From an uncultured Croceivirga sp. (GTDB taxonomy: Bacteria > Bacteroidota > Bacteroidia > Flavobacteriales > Flavobacteriaceae): DNA of 64,000 bases. The stretch is from NCBI GenBank assembly GCA_964601965.1, contig CAZRPJ010000011.1, positions 221 to 64,220 of the forward strand, in the 5' to 3' direction. Below are positions 29,390 through 38,952 of the stretch, piece after piece. The position numbers and the translations under genes are program-made. The notes beneath the pieces were generated by a model. The model made no database searches, had not been told where the DNA came from, and worked only from the letters and a program-made list of their open reading frames with translations. The number at the start of each line of letters is the position of its first letter. The first letter of the stretch is position 1.

Positions 29390-31372
29390 TTAATTGGTCT
29401 CTTCTTGTACTTCTTCTGTCTGGTCTGCTTCAGGGGTATTCTCTTCTACTTCTGCCGCCTTCTTAAATGGGCGTTCCCCAAAAATTTTCTCTAAATCGTC
29501 TTTAAAGATTACCTCTTTTTCTAACAGTCTATCTGCCAACTGCGTTAGCTTGTCTTTATTTTTCTCAAGGATTGAGATTGCTCTTTTATATTGTTCCTCG
29601 ATTATTTTAGAAATTTCCTCGTCTATTTTCTGAGCAGTTTCTTCACTGTACGGCTTGGAGAATCCATACTCATTTTGGCCAGAAGAATCATAATAGGTGA
29701 TGTTGCCAAGCTCATCATTAAGACCGTAAATGGTTACCATGGCTCTCGCTTGCTTAGTTACCTTTTCAAGATCACTTAAGGCACCAGTAGAGATTTTATT
29801 AAAGATTACCTTTTCGGCCGCCCTACCTCCCATGGTGGCACACATTTCATCTAACATCTGCTCTGGACGTACTATGAGACGTTCTTCTGGTAAATACCAA
29901 GCCGCTCCTAATGATTGGCCACGAGGAACAATAGTTACTTTCACTAAAGGGGCCGCATGTTCTACCATCCAACTTACCGTAGCATGTCCGGCCTCATGAA
30001 AAGCAATTGTTTTCTTTTCTTCTGGCGTAATAATTTTATTCTTTTTCTCTAGACCTCCTACAATTCTATCTACAGCATCCAAGAAATCTTGCTTAGTTAC
30101 CGCCTTGCGCTCTTTTCGAGCAGCAATGAGCGCTGCTTCATTACATACGTTTGCAATATCTGCTCCAGAAAATCCTGGAGTCTGCTTAGCAAGGAAGTCT
30201 AAATCCAACGTCTCTGCGGTCTTAATGGGTCTAAGGTGAACCTCAAAGATTTCTTTTCGTTCGCGAATATCTGGTAAGTCTACATAGATCTGTCTATCAA
30301 ATCTACCAGCCCTCATTAAGGCTTTATCTAAAACGTCTGCACGGTTGGTGGCAGCAAGAACGATAACATTTGTGTTGGTCCCAAAACCATCCATTTCTGT
30401 CAACAGCTGGTTTAAGGTGTTTTCACGCTCGTCGTTAGATCCTGTAAAGTTATTTTTACCTCTTGCTCTACCAATGGCATCGATCTCATCAATAAAGATG
30501 ATAGCAGGAGATTTGTCTTTCGCTTGTTTAAAAAGATCACGTACTCTAGAGGCTCCTACACCTACGAACATCTCCACAAAATCTGAACCTGAGAGCGAGA
30601 AAAATGGCACTTTGGCTTCACCGGCAACTGCTTTCGCTAGCAAGGTTTTACCAGTTCCCGGAGGACCTACCAAAAGAGCTCCTTTAGGAATTTTACCTCC
30701 CAAAGAGGTGTATTTGTCAGGATTCTTAAGGAATTCCACAATTTCTTGTACTTCTTCCTTAGCTCCTTCTAAACCAGCAACATCTTTAAAGGATGTTCTA
30801 GTATCTGTTTTTTCATCAAATAATTTCGCTTTGGATTTTCCAATATTGAAGATCTGACCGCCTGCTCCTCCGCCTGCGCCGCCAGACATTCTTCTCATGA
30901 GGTAAATCCAGATTCCAATAATTAATACAAAAGGCAACAATGAAAGTAGAAGATCTCCTAGGACATTCGATTCTGTATCAAACTCAACAATGGTATCAAG
31001 GTTGTTTTCCTTTTTGATCTCGTTTATTTCATTCTGAAAAATTTGCATATCCCCGTAGTTCAGAATGTACTGTGGGACTAGGCCGGTAGTTGGAAGCATG
31101 GGCTTGTCTGCCACCCCTTTGTGAACATCCTTGCTTAGCGCTTCATCTGTTAGAAAGATCTTTGCTTTTCTGGTGTTGGTGATGATAACGATTTTATCAA
31201 TATCGCCGTTTCTCAGAAATTCTTGCATTTCTGAGGTGGTGGTCTTTTCTGTGTTAGAAAAGGTTGCACTACCAAAAAATTGAAAGCCCAAAATAAGGGC
31301 TATAATTACACCATAAATCCACCAAGAACTAAACCTTGGTTTTTTGGGGGTATTTGAATTTTCTTTTGCCAT
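29390..31372 (-). CDS. ftsH: ATP-dependent zinc metalloprotease FtsH
   Basis: Two TM segments, GPPGTGKT, FIDEID, SRH motif, HEAGH. Confidence 0.97.
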   Translation of the reverse strand: MAKENSNTPKKPRFSSWWIYGVIIALILGFQFFGSATFSNTEKTTTSEMQEFLRNGDIDKIVIITNTRKAKIFLTDEALSKDVHKGVADKPMLPTTGLVPQYILNYGDMQIFQNEINEIKKENNLDTIVEFDTESNVLGDLLLSLLPFVLIIGIWIYLMRRMSGGAGGGAGGQIFNIGKSKAKLFDEKTDTRTSFKDVAGLEGAKEEVQEIVEFLKNPDKYTSLGGKIPKGALLVGPPGTGKTLLAKAVAGEAKVPFFSLSGSDFVEMFVGVGASRVRDLFKQAKDKSPAIIFIDEIDAIGRARGKNNFTGSNDERENTLNQLLTEMDGFGTNTNVIVLAATNRADVLDKALMRAGRFDRQIYVDLPDIRERKEIFEVHLRPIKTAETLDLDFLAKQTPGFSGADIANVCNEAALIAARKERKAVTKQDFLDAVDRIVGGLEKKNKIITPEEKKTIAFHEAGHATVSWMVEHAAPLVKVTIVPRGQSLGAAWYLPEERLIVRPEQMLDEMCATMGGRAAEKVIFNKISTGALSDLEKVTKQARAMVTIYGLNDELGNITYYDSSGQNEYGFSKPYSEETAQKIDEEISKIIEEQYKRAISILEKNKDKLTQLADRLLEKEVIFKDDLEKIFGERPFKKAAEVEENTPEADQTEEVQEETN

Positions 31373-31376
31373 TTTC

Positions 31377-31751
31377 TTAATTGTAGCTGCTCTCTACCAA
31401 TGTGACTTTGGCATCGCCCCAAAGTCCTTCAATATCATAAAATTCCCGAACGTGTTTTTGAAACACATGTACGACCACATTCACATAATCCATTAATACC
31501 CATTCAGCATTATCGGAACCTTCAATATGCCAAGGTTTGTCTTTAATAGCTTTGCTAACCGTTTTTTGAATGGAAGATACAATAGCGTTTACGTGGGTGT
31601 TGGATGTTCCGTTACAAATAACAAAGTAGTCGCAAACCGTATTGTCAATTTCCCTTAAGTCTAAAAGATTAATATCTACTCCTTTGACCTCTTCTACTCC
31701 AGCAATTATTAGGGCAATTAGTTCATCTGCGCTCGCTTTGTTTTTCTGCAT
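31377..31751 (-). CDS. rsfS: Ribosome silencing factor
   Basis: DYFVICNG, WVLMDYVNVVVHVF..REFYDIEGLW. Confidence 0.95.
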   Translation of the reverse strand: MQKNKASADELIALIIAGVEEVKGVDINLLDLREIDNTVCDYFVICNGTSNTHVNAIVSSIQKTVSKAIKDKPWHIEGSDNAEWVLMDYVNVVVHVFQKHVREFYDIEGLWGDAKVTLVESSYN

Positions 31752-31769
31752 CCAAAAATTTTAGTTTTA

Positions 31770-31777
31770 CAAAGTTA
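31770..31777 (-). promoter_or_regulatory. -7 box (TAACTTTG) for the rsfS-ftsH-LUD-cdsA-psd-ACBP run
   Basis: Exact TAnnTTTG match 18 nt upstream of the rsfS ATG. Confidence 0.65.
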
Positions 31778-31841
31778 TTACTTTTTTGTTTTGACTAACC
31801 GCGTTTTTAACATAACATTGAGCGGTAAAAAGCATAGTTAT

Positions 31842-32573
31842 ATGCAGTTAATCAAACTTAGTGCCACCCGTTCTACAAATGACTACCTCAAAGAATTAAT
31901 GTTGCACGAGGTGGTAGACGATGGAACCGTAGTGGCATGTGATCATCAAACTCAAGGAAAAGGCCAACAAGGAAACACCTGGGAGGTGGAAGCAGGTAAG
32001 AATCTTACATTCAGCCTTTTAAAGACTTTTAGTGGCGTAAGAGCGCTGCGTAGCTTTGATATCAACTGTTTGGTTTCATTGGCTTTATTTAATGTATTAG
32101 AGCGGTTGTCAGTACCAGCACTTCGCGTGAAATGGCCTAACGACATAATGTCAGGTACTCAAAAGCTTTGTGGAATTTTAATAGAAAACAGCTTAAAAGG
32201 AGCTCACATTCAACACAGCATCATAGGAGTTGGGTTAAATGTTAATCAGACTACGTTTAGCAACCTACCAAAAGCAACTTCTGTTTCCCTTAAAACAGGA
32301 ATAAAGTATGATTTATCCCTAATCTTAACAGATTTAGTGAACGAGTTGAATATGCAGTTACAACTATTGAACACTTTAAAAAGCACACAAATTAGGCAGT
32401 TTTACGAGGCCGTTTTATTTCGAAAAGGAGTCCCCAGTTCTTTTAAATCTAAAGACGGGAATACTTTTAATGGAATTATTCAAGGAATCAATGAAGTGGG
32501 CCAACTCGTTTTAGAAAAAGAAGATGGCGCTCATGTTCCTTTTGCTGTAAAGGAATTAGAATACCTCTATTAA
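31842..32573 (+). CDS. birA: Biotin--[acetyl-CoA carboxylase] ligase (no N-terminal HTH)
   Basis: STNDY, QTQGKGQQG, VKWPND, KLCGILIE, IGVGLN. Likely start MQLIKL at 31842. Confidence 0.92.
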   Translation: MQLIKLSATRSTNDYLKELMLHEVVDDGTVVACDHQTQGKGQQGNTWEVEAGKNLTFSLLKTFSGVRALRSFDINCLVSLALFNVLERLSVPALRVKWPNDIMSGTQKLCGILIENSLKGAHIQHSIIGVGLNVNQTTFSNLPKATSVSLKTGIKYDLSLILTDLVNELNMQLQLLNTLKSTQIRQFYEAVLFRKGVPSSFKSKDGNTFNGIIQGINEVGQLVLEKEDGAHVPFAVKELEYLY

Positions 32574-32965
32574 GATATTCCAGCCAAATTAGTAGATAGG
32601 GTTTCCATGAAATTGGTGATGGGTCCCTTGATCATCATGGCCATCATAGCATTAAATTCTCCAGCAAAGGATAAGGCAACCTCGCTAGTTTCTGCATCAA
32701 CTTCAGAAATATCTGCCGTTAGCGTAAAGGGTAACTTATCACTAGCAGCTCCTAAAACCAACTGGCTATATGGAGTTTGTTCTTTTAAGCGAAGTACAAT
32801 TTCTGGCATTCCTTTTAGGGCAAACTTGAAGGTTTTTTCATCTAATACCTCGAAGGTTTGAATGTTTTCTGGCATTAATTCTTCAAAATTCTTGATATCG
32901 CTTAAAAAGGTGAAGACTTCTTCTGAACTTTTATTTACCTGTCTTTTAGGAGATTCTATATGCAT
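32570..32965 (-). CDS. SRPBCC/START-like protein downstream of pyrE
   Basis: VFTFLSDIKNFEELMP and a fold-typical pattern; 3 nt after the pyrE stop. Confidence 0.7.
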   Translation of the reverse strand: MHIESPKRQVNKSSEEVFTFLSDIKNFEELMPENIQTFEVLDEKTFKFALKGMPEIVLRLKEQTPYSQLVLGAASDKLPFTLTADISEVDAETSEVALSFAGEFNAMMAMMIKGPITNFMETLSTNLAGIS

Positions 32966-32968
32966 ATT

Positions 32969-33610
32969 TTATGGTTTCCATTGGTCTGGAGCAGCGCTCC
33001 ATTCCGTTAAAGCATTTAATTGGGATTCTTTGATGTACTTCGTAGCCACCGCCTGAGATAATAGATGCGGATAATCACTTAGGGTATTTAATGCAACCTT
33101 GTGAGATTCAAAGTTCTCTGTTGCTGCTTCAAAACCGTAGGTAAAGATAGCCAACATGCCTTTGACGTCTGCTTGCGCTGCCTGTAAGGCTTTCACGGCA
33201 TTTAAACTGCTATTCCCGGTACTTATTAGGTCTTCTATTACAACCACAGTTTGATGCGGTTCTAGGTGTCCTTCTATTTGATTTTGTCTTCCATGCGATT
33301 TGGGTTGCGGTCGCACATAAACAAAAGGGAGGTCTAAAGCTTCGGCAACCAAAACTCCCATACCAATGGCTCCAGTAGCCACACCAGCAATTACGTCTGG
33401 TTTTCCATAAAGTTCGGTAACTTGTCTTGCCAGTTCATCCCTCACAAAATTTCGTACTTTCGGAAAAGATAGAAGGATTCGATTATCGCAATAAATTGGG
33501 GATTTCCAGCCAGATGCCCATGTAAATGGACTTTCAGGACTCAACTTAATTGCATTAATTTGCAGCAGTAGCTCCGCTGTTTTTTTAGCGCTATTCGTGT
33601 CCAAAATCAT
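32969..33610 (-). CDS. pyrE: Orotate phosphoribosyltransferase
   Basis: WASGWKSPIYCDNR, VVIEDLISTG PRPP motif. Likely start MILDT at 33610. Confidence 0.95.
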   Translation of the reverse strand: MILDTNSAKKTAELLLQINAIKLSPESPFTWASGWKSPIYCDNRILLSFPKVRNFVRDELARQVTELYGKPDVIAGVATGAIGMGVLVAEALDLPFVYVRPQPKSHGRQNQIEGHLEPHQTVVVIEDLISTGNSSLNAVKALQAAQADVKGMLAIFTYGFEAATENFESHKVALNTLSDYPHLLSQAVATKYIKESQLNALTEWSAAPDQWKP

Positions 33611-33614
33611 TGCG

Positions 33615-33622
33615 CAAATGTA
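33615..33622 (-). promoter_or_regulatory. -7 box (TACATTTG) of pyrE, overlapping the start codon of the divergent NUDIX gene
   Basis: Exact TAnnTTTG match 4 nt upstream of the pyrE ATG. Confidence 0.6.
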
Positions 33623-34214
33623 TAAAGTTTTTGTAAATGAGTCTCCGTTGATTTTAACCAATGAACGCCCAGACAATTCGCAAGGCAACGTGTTTACCTT
33701 AGACGATAATGCAATTAACTATGCGGTAACTTCCTTAGCCAAGAACTTGTTAGAAAAGGCATATATTTTTGAGCCAGGCAATGATATACTTGATAAGTTT
33801 TCTAGCAAAATACCCATGATTGTGGCAGCGGGAGGTCTTGTAAAAAACAAGAAGGGAAAAGTCTTGTTCATTTTTCGGGAAGGAAAATGGGATCTTCCAA
33901 AAGGCAAATTAGATAAGGGCGAGTCTATGGAGGATGCTGCCATTCGTGAAGTGGAAGAAGAAACTGGGGTAAAAGGATTAAAAATTGTTCGTTACCTACA
34001 AACCACCTATCATATTTTTAAGCGAAGCGGTCGATACAAATTAAAAAAAGTTATTTGGTTTGAGATGGTCACAGATTTTGACGGCGATTTAATCCCACAG
34101 CATAATGAAGGGATAACCAAAGTAAAATGGAAAGGTCCCAAAAAAACCAAAAAAGCCTTAGAAAACTCCTATCGAAATATTAGAATTTTATTCGAGGAGA
34201 ATCTTATCTTCTAA
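33618..34214 (+). CDS. NUDIX hydrolase
   Basis: Nudix box GKLDKGESMEDAAIREVEEETGV. Likely start MYKVFVN at 33618. Confidence 0.9.
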   Translation: MYKVFVNESPLILTNERPDNSQGNVFTLDDNAINYAVTSLAKNLLEKAYIFEPGNDILDKFSSKIPMIVAAGGLVKNKKGKVLFIFREGKWDLPKGKLDKGESMEDAAIREVEEETGVKGLKIVRYLQTTYHIFKRSGRYKLKKVIWFEMVTDFDGDLIPQHNEGITKVKWKGPKKTKKALENSYRNIRILFEENLIF

Positions 34215-35978
34215 ATAGGTATGCGCCTCAGAGTCTTTCATTACTCGGTAAACAGGATACTGTAAATGCACCTTTTCGTAATAAGGAGAGTTTTTAAAGA
34301 TCCAATTAAGTTGTGCATACCAATTGTTGGCAAAACCTTCATCCCTCATTTTTTGAGCATTTAAGCTGTCTAAAACAGCAGGATTTTCTTCTAAATAGGA
34401 GAGGGCAAGATCTTCAAAAACATACGGTGAAAATCCTTCCTTTTGTTGTAAAACGGTGTCAAAATAATTCCAATTAAAAAAAGAGTCAACCGCTTCGGGC
34501 TCAAGGGTTTCCATGATATAGCGTAGTCCATTTTGGCGTACAGGAACTAGTAAGTCTCCTTTTTCTAGTTGTATTTCTGCTAAGGCACTTGAAACAATCG
34601 TATTGTAATGAGGGTAATGACCCTCATACGGTCTTTGATAGGTTTCAAACGACTCTATTCTGTACGATTCTAAAGTTAAAACAGTATCTGTCTCTAGACT
34701 AACATATTCTACATTATTCGCACTAAGCATGTTAGCAATATGACTCCATCCTTTTTTTATAATGTACGCTTCAGGTATAGTAATGGTATCCTTAGGTACA
34801 AAATGGTCGTAGTAAGTGACTGGTTTTTCAAAAGGAGCCTCCAGATTATATTTTAATCGAGGGCTTCCCGTAATTTCACTAAGGATGGTATCTGCTTCAA
34901 AGCCTTTGAAATTAAGTGTTCTAGATTTTGTAGAATCTACTGTCCAACCATGAAAAAACGAATCCGCTTCCATTGTTTTTTGAATAGCTTCCGTTCTTAT
35001 TTTTCGTATATCCTTATGATTAGCATCCACTATGGCTACCATTTGTTCCATGAGCTCTAAAGTGCCTAATACCCTGTCTTGGTAAGGTTTAAGCATATGT
35101 GTTTCTACCATCATCCCTAGGGTATGCCATAAGGTTGTATAACCGGTAGAGTACCTAGGATGGTCCATAAATTGTGTAAATCCGCCATCTGGCGGCCTGT
35201 TAAAAACGTTCACATAAGGAGTTATGGCCCAGCCTTCCTGTTCTAAGGCACTTTCCAGGGAGGGTCTTAATTCATCGTGTAAATACGCTCCTAACGACCC
35301 TTGCAATTTATTATGCTGGGTAAATAAGTGGGTAAGAACATACTGATAATCTGCCCCATTACTTACATGATTATCAATAAAAACATCAGGTTGAACCAAA
35401 TGAAAGATAGAAGCAAATGTTGCTGCATTTTTGGTATCCATTTTCACAAAATCCCTGTTAAGGTCATAATTACGCGCATTGCCTCGAAATCCATAAGCCT
35501 CTGGTCCGTTTTGGTTTGCACGAGACGTGCTATTTCTATTGAGCATTCCTCCAACATTGTAAACGGGGATGGTAGCCACCACTAAATTGGAAGGGGTTGG
35601 TATACTGTCTAAGACTAAATTTCTAAATAACATCATTGTGGCATCAATGCCATCTGGTTCTCCAGGATGTATGCCGTTATTGATGAGGAGTACATTCTTT
35701 TCTTCCCTAATTTTTTGAAAATTGAAATTACCATCTGGATTATAGGTGACTAAGTGCAATGGGTTTCCACTATCTGTTTCCCCGATGGTCTGAACATTTA
35801 TTTCTGGAAAAGTCTTTGCTAATTGTAGATAGTAGTCAATAACCTCACTGTAGGTAGCTGTGGTATTCCCCGTGGACTTTTCAAAAGCAGTCGCAAAGGA
35901 TTTCTCATCTTCCGTAATGGTTTCCTCGCAGGACAGAAGAAAAAAAATGGAAGCTAAAAGGTAAAAATAGTGTTTCAT
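34188..35978 (-). CDS. M14 family zinc carboxypeptidase lipoprotein
   Basis: Lipobox LLSC, GIHPGEPDG (HxxE), DLNRD, DNHVS. Confidence 0.88.
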   Translation of the reverse strand: MKHYFYLLASIFFLLSCEETITEDEKSFATAFEKSTGNTTATYSEVIDYYLQLAKTFPEINVQTIGETDSGNPLHLVTYNPDGNFNFQKIREEKNVLLINNGIHPGEPDGIDATMMLFRNLVLDSIPTPSNLVVATIPVYNVGGMLNRNSTSRANQNGPEAYGFRGNARNYDLNRDFVKMDTKNAATFASIFHLVQPDVFIDNHVSNGADYQYVLTHLFTQHNKLQGSLGAYLHDELRPSLESALEQEGWAITPYVNVFNRPPDGGFTQFMDHPRYSTGYTTLWHTLGMMVETHMLKPYQDRVLGTLELMEQMVAIVDANHKDIRKIRTEAIQKTMEADSFFHGWTVDSTKSRTLNFKGFEADTILSEITGSPRLKYNLEAPFEKPVTYYDHFVPKDTITIPEAYIIKKGWSHIANMLSANNVEYVSLETDTVLTLESYRIESFETYQRPYEGHYPHYNTIVSSALAEIQLEKGDLLVPVRQNGLRYIMETLEPEAVDSFFNWNYFDTVLQQKEGFSPYVFEDLALSYLEENPAVLDSLNAQKMRDEGFANNWYAQLNWIFKNSPYYEKVHLQYPVYRVMKDSEAHTYLEDKILLE

Positions 35979-36027
35979 GGAGGACGATTGATGTTCTAGA
36001 TGTACATCAAAAGTAGAAAATCCCTGC

Positions 36028-36441
36028 TTAGGAGGCTAGGTCCATATTTCGGGTAACGTCTTCCAAGTTTAATTCGTAGATAGGTTTGGTAATAAAATCG
36101 ATATGATGTCCCGTCTTGCGCACATAGGCTTGCCATTTATGACGGTCCCTAACATCAATAGAGGAAGTAATTATTTTTATATGAACTCCGGAGGCATTTG
36201 GCAATTTCAAAAATTCATCAAGGAATCCCCAACCGTCCATTACGGGCATATTAATATCCAGAAAGATTACTTCCGGTAAGGGTAGTTGGTGGTCTAAAAG
36301 ATGAAAAATAGCATCTAGCGCCTGTTTCCCATTGCGGAATTCTTCCACCTCTAGGGTTGTGCTATATTTTGCCAACAATTTTCGAAGCCCGAAAATTGTA
36401 ATGCTATCATCATCCACTATGTAGACCGAGTTAATCTTCAT
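36028..36441 (-). CDS. Stand-alone response regulator (receiver only)
   Basis: IVDDD, FLDINMPVMDGW, ITSS, TKP. Likely start MKINS at 36441. Confidence 0.88.
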   Translation of the reverse strand: MKINSVYIVDDDSITIFGLRKLLAKYSTTLEVEEFRNGKQALDAIFHLLDHQLPLPEVIFLDINMPVMDGWGFLDEFLKLPNASGVHIKIITSSIDVRDRHKWQAYVRKTGHHIDFITKPIYELNLEDVTRNMDLAS

Positions 36442-38278
36442 CGTTAAAATAAACACTAAATATGGATCCTTTATCAACTTCACTTTCTGCCTGGATGGAT
36501 CCGCCCATGGCTTCAATCTGATTTTTTGTGATATACAATCCTATACCACGTGCATCTTTGTTATTATGGAAGGTTTTGTACATGCCAAAAAGCTTATTTC
36601 CATACCGTTCCATATCAATTCCAATTCCATTATCACTAACGGAAAAAACTATTAAATTATTTTCCTTTTTAGTACGTAAGGTAATTTCTGCAGGCCTGTC
36701 TGGATGCCTGTATTTCACAGAGTTAGTCAATAGATTAAGAATAATACTTTCTAAATAAGCAGGTACCGCTCGCACGTAGACTTTGTCTGAAATTGTATTG
36801 TTAATAACCACATGATTCTGATGTAAAAATGCGGCAAGATTTTCTTTTACCCGTTCAATCTGCTCGTTGAGGTTGAGGGGCTTAATTTCTAAGTTAATGT
36901 TGGTGTTTATATCTACCACCTCATTAAGATTTTCTAGGGTATCCATTAGATTATCCGAGGCTTTTGTAAGCATCTCCATGATGCGTTCCTTTTCAGATTC
37001 TTGGTCTTCTTTTACTAAGAAGTTTACCAACATTGAGAAATTGGCGGTATGTGAACGCAAGTTGTGTGATACAATATGGGCAAAGTTGATCAGCTTTTTA
37101 TTCTGTACGGCTGTAACATTAATTAAATCGTTTAGCTGATTTTCTTTTTGGATAATCTCTGAGATATCCATACTAATTCCCATTAAACCTTTACAATCAC
37201 CTTCTAAATTTAAAAGTGGAATTTTAGAGGTTAGAAAAGACGTAGCCGTGCCATCTTTCTTGATATTCACGGTGCGTTTTCCAATAATGGGTTTTTTCGT
37301 CTTCATGACTTGCAAGTCCTCGTCTCTGGAGATTTGCGCAATATTTTCAGGGAATAAATCAAAATCAGATTTTCCAATCAAGCTTTCCGGAGAAGCAGCC
37401 TCTAAATAGTCGCACTCTGATTGATTCACTAAGATTTTTCTGGATTCTGTATCCTTGATATATAAGTTTAAAGGAAGGTTGTCTACTAGTGTTCTTAATA
37501 GTTGTTCACTTTCTTTGGTCTTGTTCTCTTGAGCTACCTGTTCGGTAATATCTTGAATAGTACCCATTAAACGTGTTACCTTACCTTCTTTGTAGAGCGG
37601 CTTTCCAGCAGCAATTACCCACTTTTCTGCCCCACTTTCAGTAACCAATTGCAATTTCTGCGACCAGCTTTCGCCCCGGTTTATACCGTTATGCGCTAAC
37701 ATGGCCATAGTATTTCTTGAATGACCCTGTTTGTAGAAACCTATAGCTGCATCGAGATTGGGCACATAGGAATCAGGAACGCCGTGAATTTTTTTAGTTT
37801 CTTTAGACCAATGCAAGCTGTCTGAAACAATATTGTATTCCCAAGTACCTAGCTTCGCAATTTCAGATTGGTCTTTTAAAAGGCTTTCTAGCTTCTCTAA
37901 TTGTATTTCGTTTTCTAAGCGTTTCGTAATATCTTCCACTTGGATAATGACTCCAACAACATTTTCATCTTCATCCATCCAAGGAAGGTTGGTCCATTCA
38001 AACCACTGATCTTTATTCGATGTATTGGATTGACATTGAATGCCAAATTCTTTTTCGCCCTTCAAACATCTTTGAAGACATTCTTGCCAATGGTCTTGTT
38101 TGTCTGTAATAAACAGATCCATAATATTTTTACCAAGAGTTTCAGCAAATGATACATTAAAATACTCGAGCCAAGTGTCTGAAACGAATACCACTTCCAA
38201 TGCTGTATTTATAAATACGGTGGGTTGTGGCAATTGCTTTACCAGGTGGTTGGGGGCGTAGGTTTGAATTGTTTTCAA
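36431..38278 (-). CDS. Cytoplasmic multi-PAS sensor histidine kinase
   Basis: Three PAS-like segments and no TM. SHNLRSH H-box, NLLTNSVKY, DNGIG, GIGLY. TTG start. Confidence 0.9.
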   Translation of the reverse strand: MKTIQTYAPNHLVKQLPQPTVFINTALEVVFVSDTWLEYFNVSFAETLGKNIMDLFITDKQDHWQECLQRCLKGEKEFGIQCQSNTSNKDQWFEWTNLPWMDEDENVVGVIIQVEDITKRLENEIQLEKLESLLKDQSEIAKLGTWEYNIVSDSLHWSKETKKIHGVPDSYVPNLDAAIGFYKQGHSRNTMAMLAHNGINRGESWSQKLQLVTESGAEKWVIAAGKPLYKEGKVTRLMGTIQDITEQVAQENKTKESEQLLRTLVDNLPLNLYIKDTESRKILVNQSECDYLEAASPESLIGKSDFDLFPENIAQISRDEDLQVMKTKKPIIGKRTVNIKKDGTATSFLTSKIPLLNLEGDCKGLMGISMDISEIIQKENQLNDLINVTAVQNKKLINFAHIVSHNLRSHTANFSMLVNFLVKEDQESEKERIMEMLTKASDNLMDTLENLNEVVDINTNINLEIKPLNLNEQIERVKENLAAFLHQNHVVINNTISDKVYVRAVPAYLESIILNLLTNSVKYRHPDRPAEITLRTKKENNLIVFSVSDNGIGIDMERYGNKLFGMYKTFHNNKDARGIGLYITKNQIEAMGGSIQAESEVDKGSIFSVYFNDED

Positions 38279-38450
38279 AATGAGGTTCTAAGATTTGGGA
38301 TTCTTAAAAATACAGTAATTTCTTACAAAACTATAAGTATATAACTATATATACTCGTTTATGTTGTGTAGGATGCAAAAGATGTGGTAAGCACGCCTTT
38401 TGGCGCACTTTTAATAGTTGAAATGCATTTTAGTGAAGGTAAAATCCCAA

Positions 38451-38918
38451 TTATGACCGTTGATCTGTAATTCGAACGGTGTCGGGAACAAGTCCAGTGT
38501 AATCCCCTCCATTGCGAATCACATCTCGGACAATAGAAGAACTGATATAAGATTTCCCAGAAGAGGTAAGTAAGAACACAGTTTCTATTTCCGATAATTT
38601 TCTATTGGTATGGGCAATGGCCTTTTCAAACTCAAAATCTGCTGGATTACGCAGGCCTCTTAGAATAAAATCAGCACCCACTTCTTTGCAGAAATCAACA
38701 GTTAGTCCTTCGTATGTGACCACTTTTATTTTAGGCTCATCCTTAAAAGCTTCTTCAATAAATCGTTTACGTTCTTCCAAAGAGAACATGTATTTCTTAT
38801 CGGCGTTTATTCCAATGGCGATGAGCAATTCATCAAATAAAGTAACCCCACGATTAATAATATCTGAATGTCCCAGGGTTAAAGGATCAAAAGAGCCAGG
38901 AAAGATTGCACGCCTCAT
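38451..38918 (-). CDS. coaD: Pantetheine-phosphate adenylyltransferase
   Basis: FPGSFDPLTLGH, RGLR, ISSS. Confidence 0.96.
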   Translation of the reverse strand: MRRAIFPGSFDPLTLGHSDIINRGVTLFDELLIAIGINADKKYMFSLEERKRFIEEAFKDEPKIKVVTYEGLTVDFCKEVGADFILRGLRNPADFEFEKAIAHTNRKLSEIETVFLLTSSGKSYISSSIVRDVIRNGGDYTGLVPDTVRITDQRS

Positions 38919-38952
38919 GAATAAATGGAATTTTAATAAAAATAAGCAGAAT

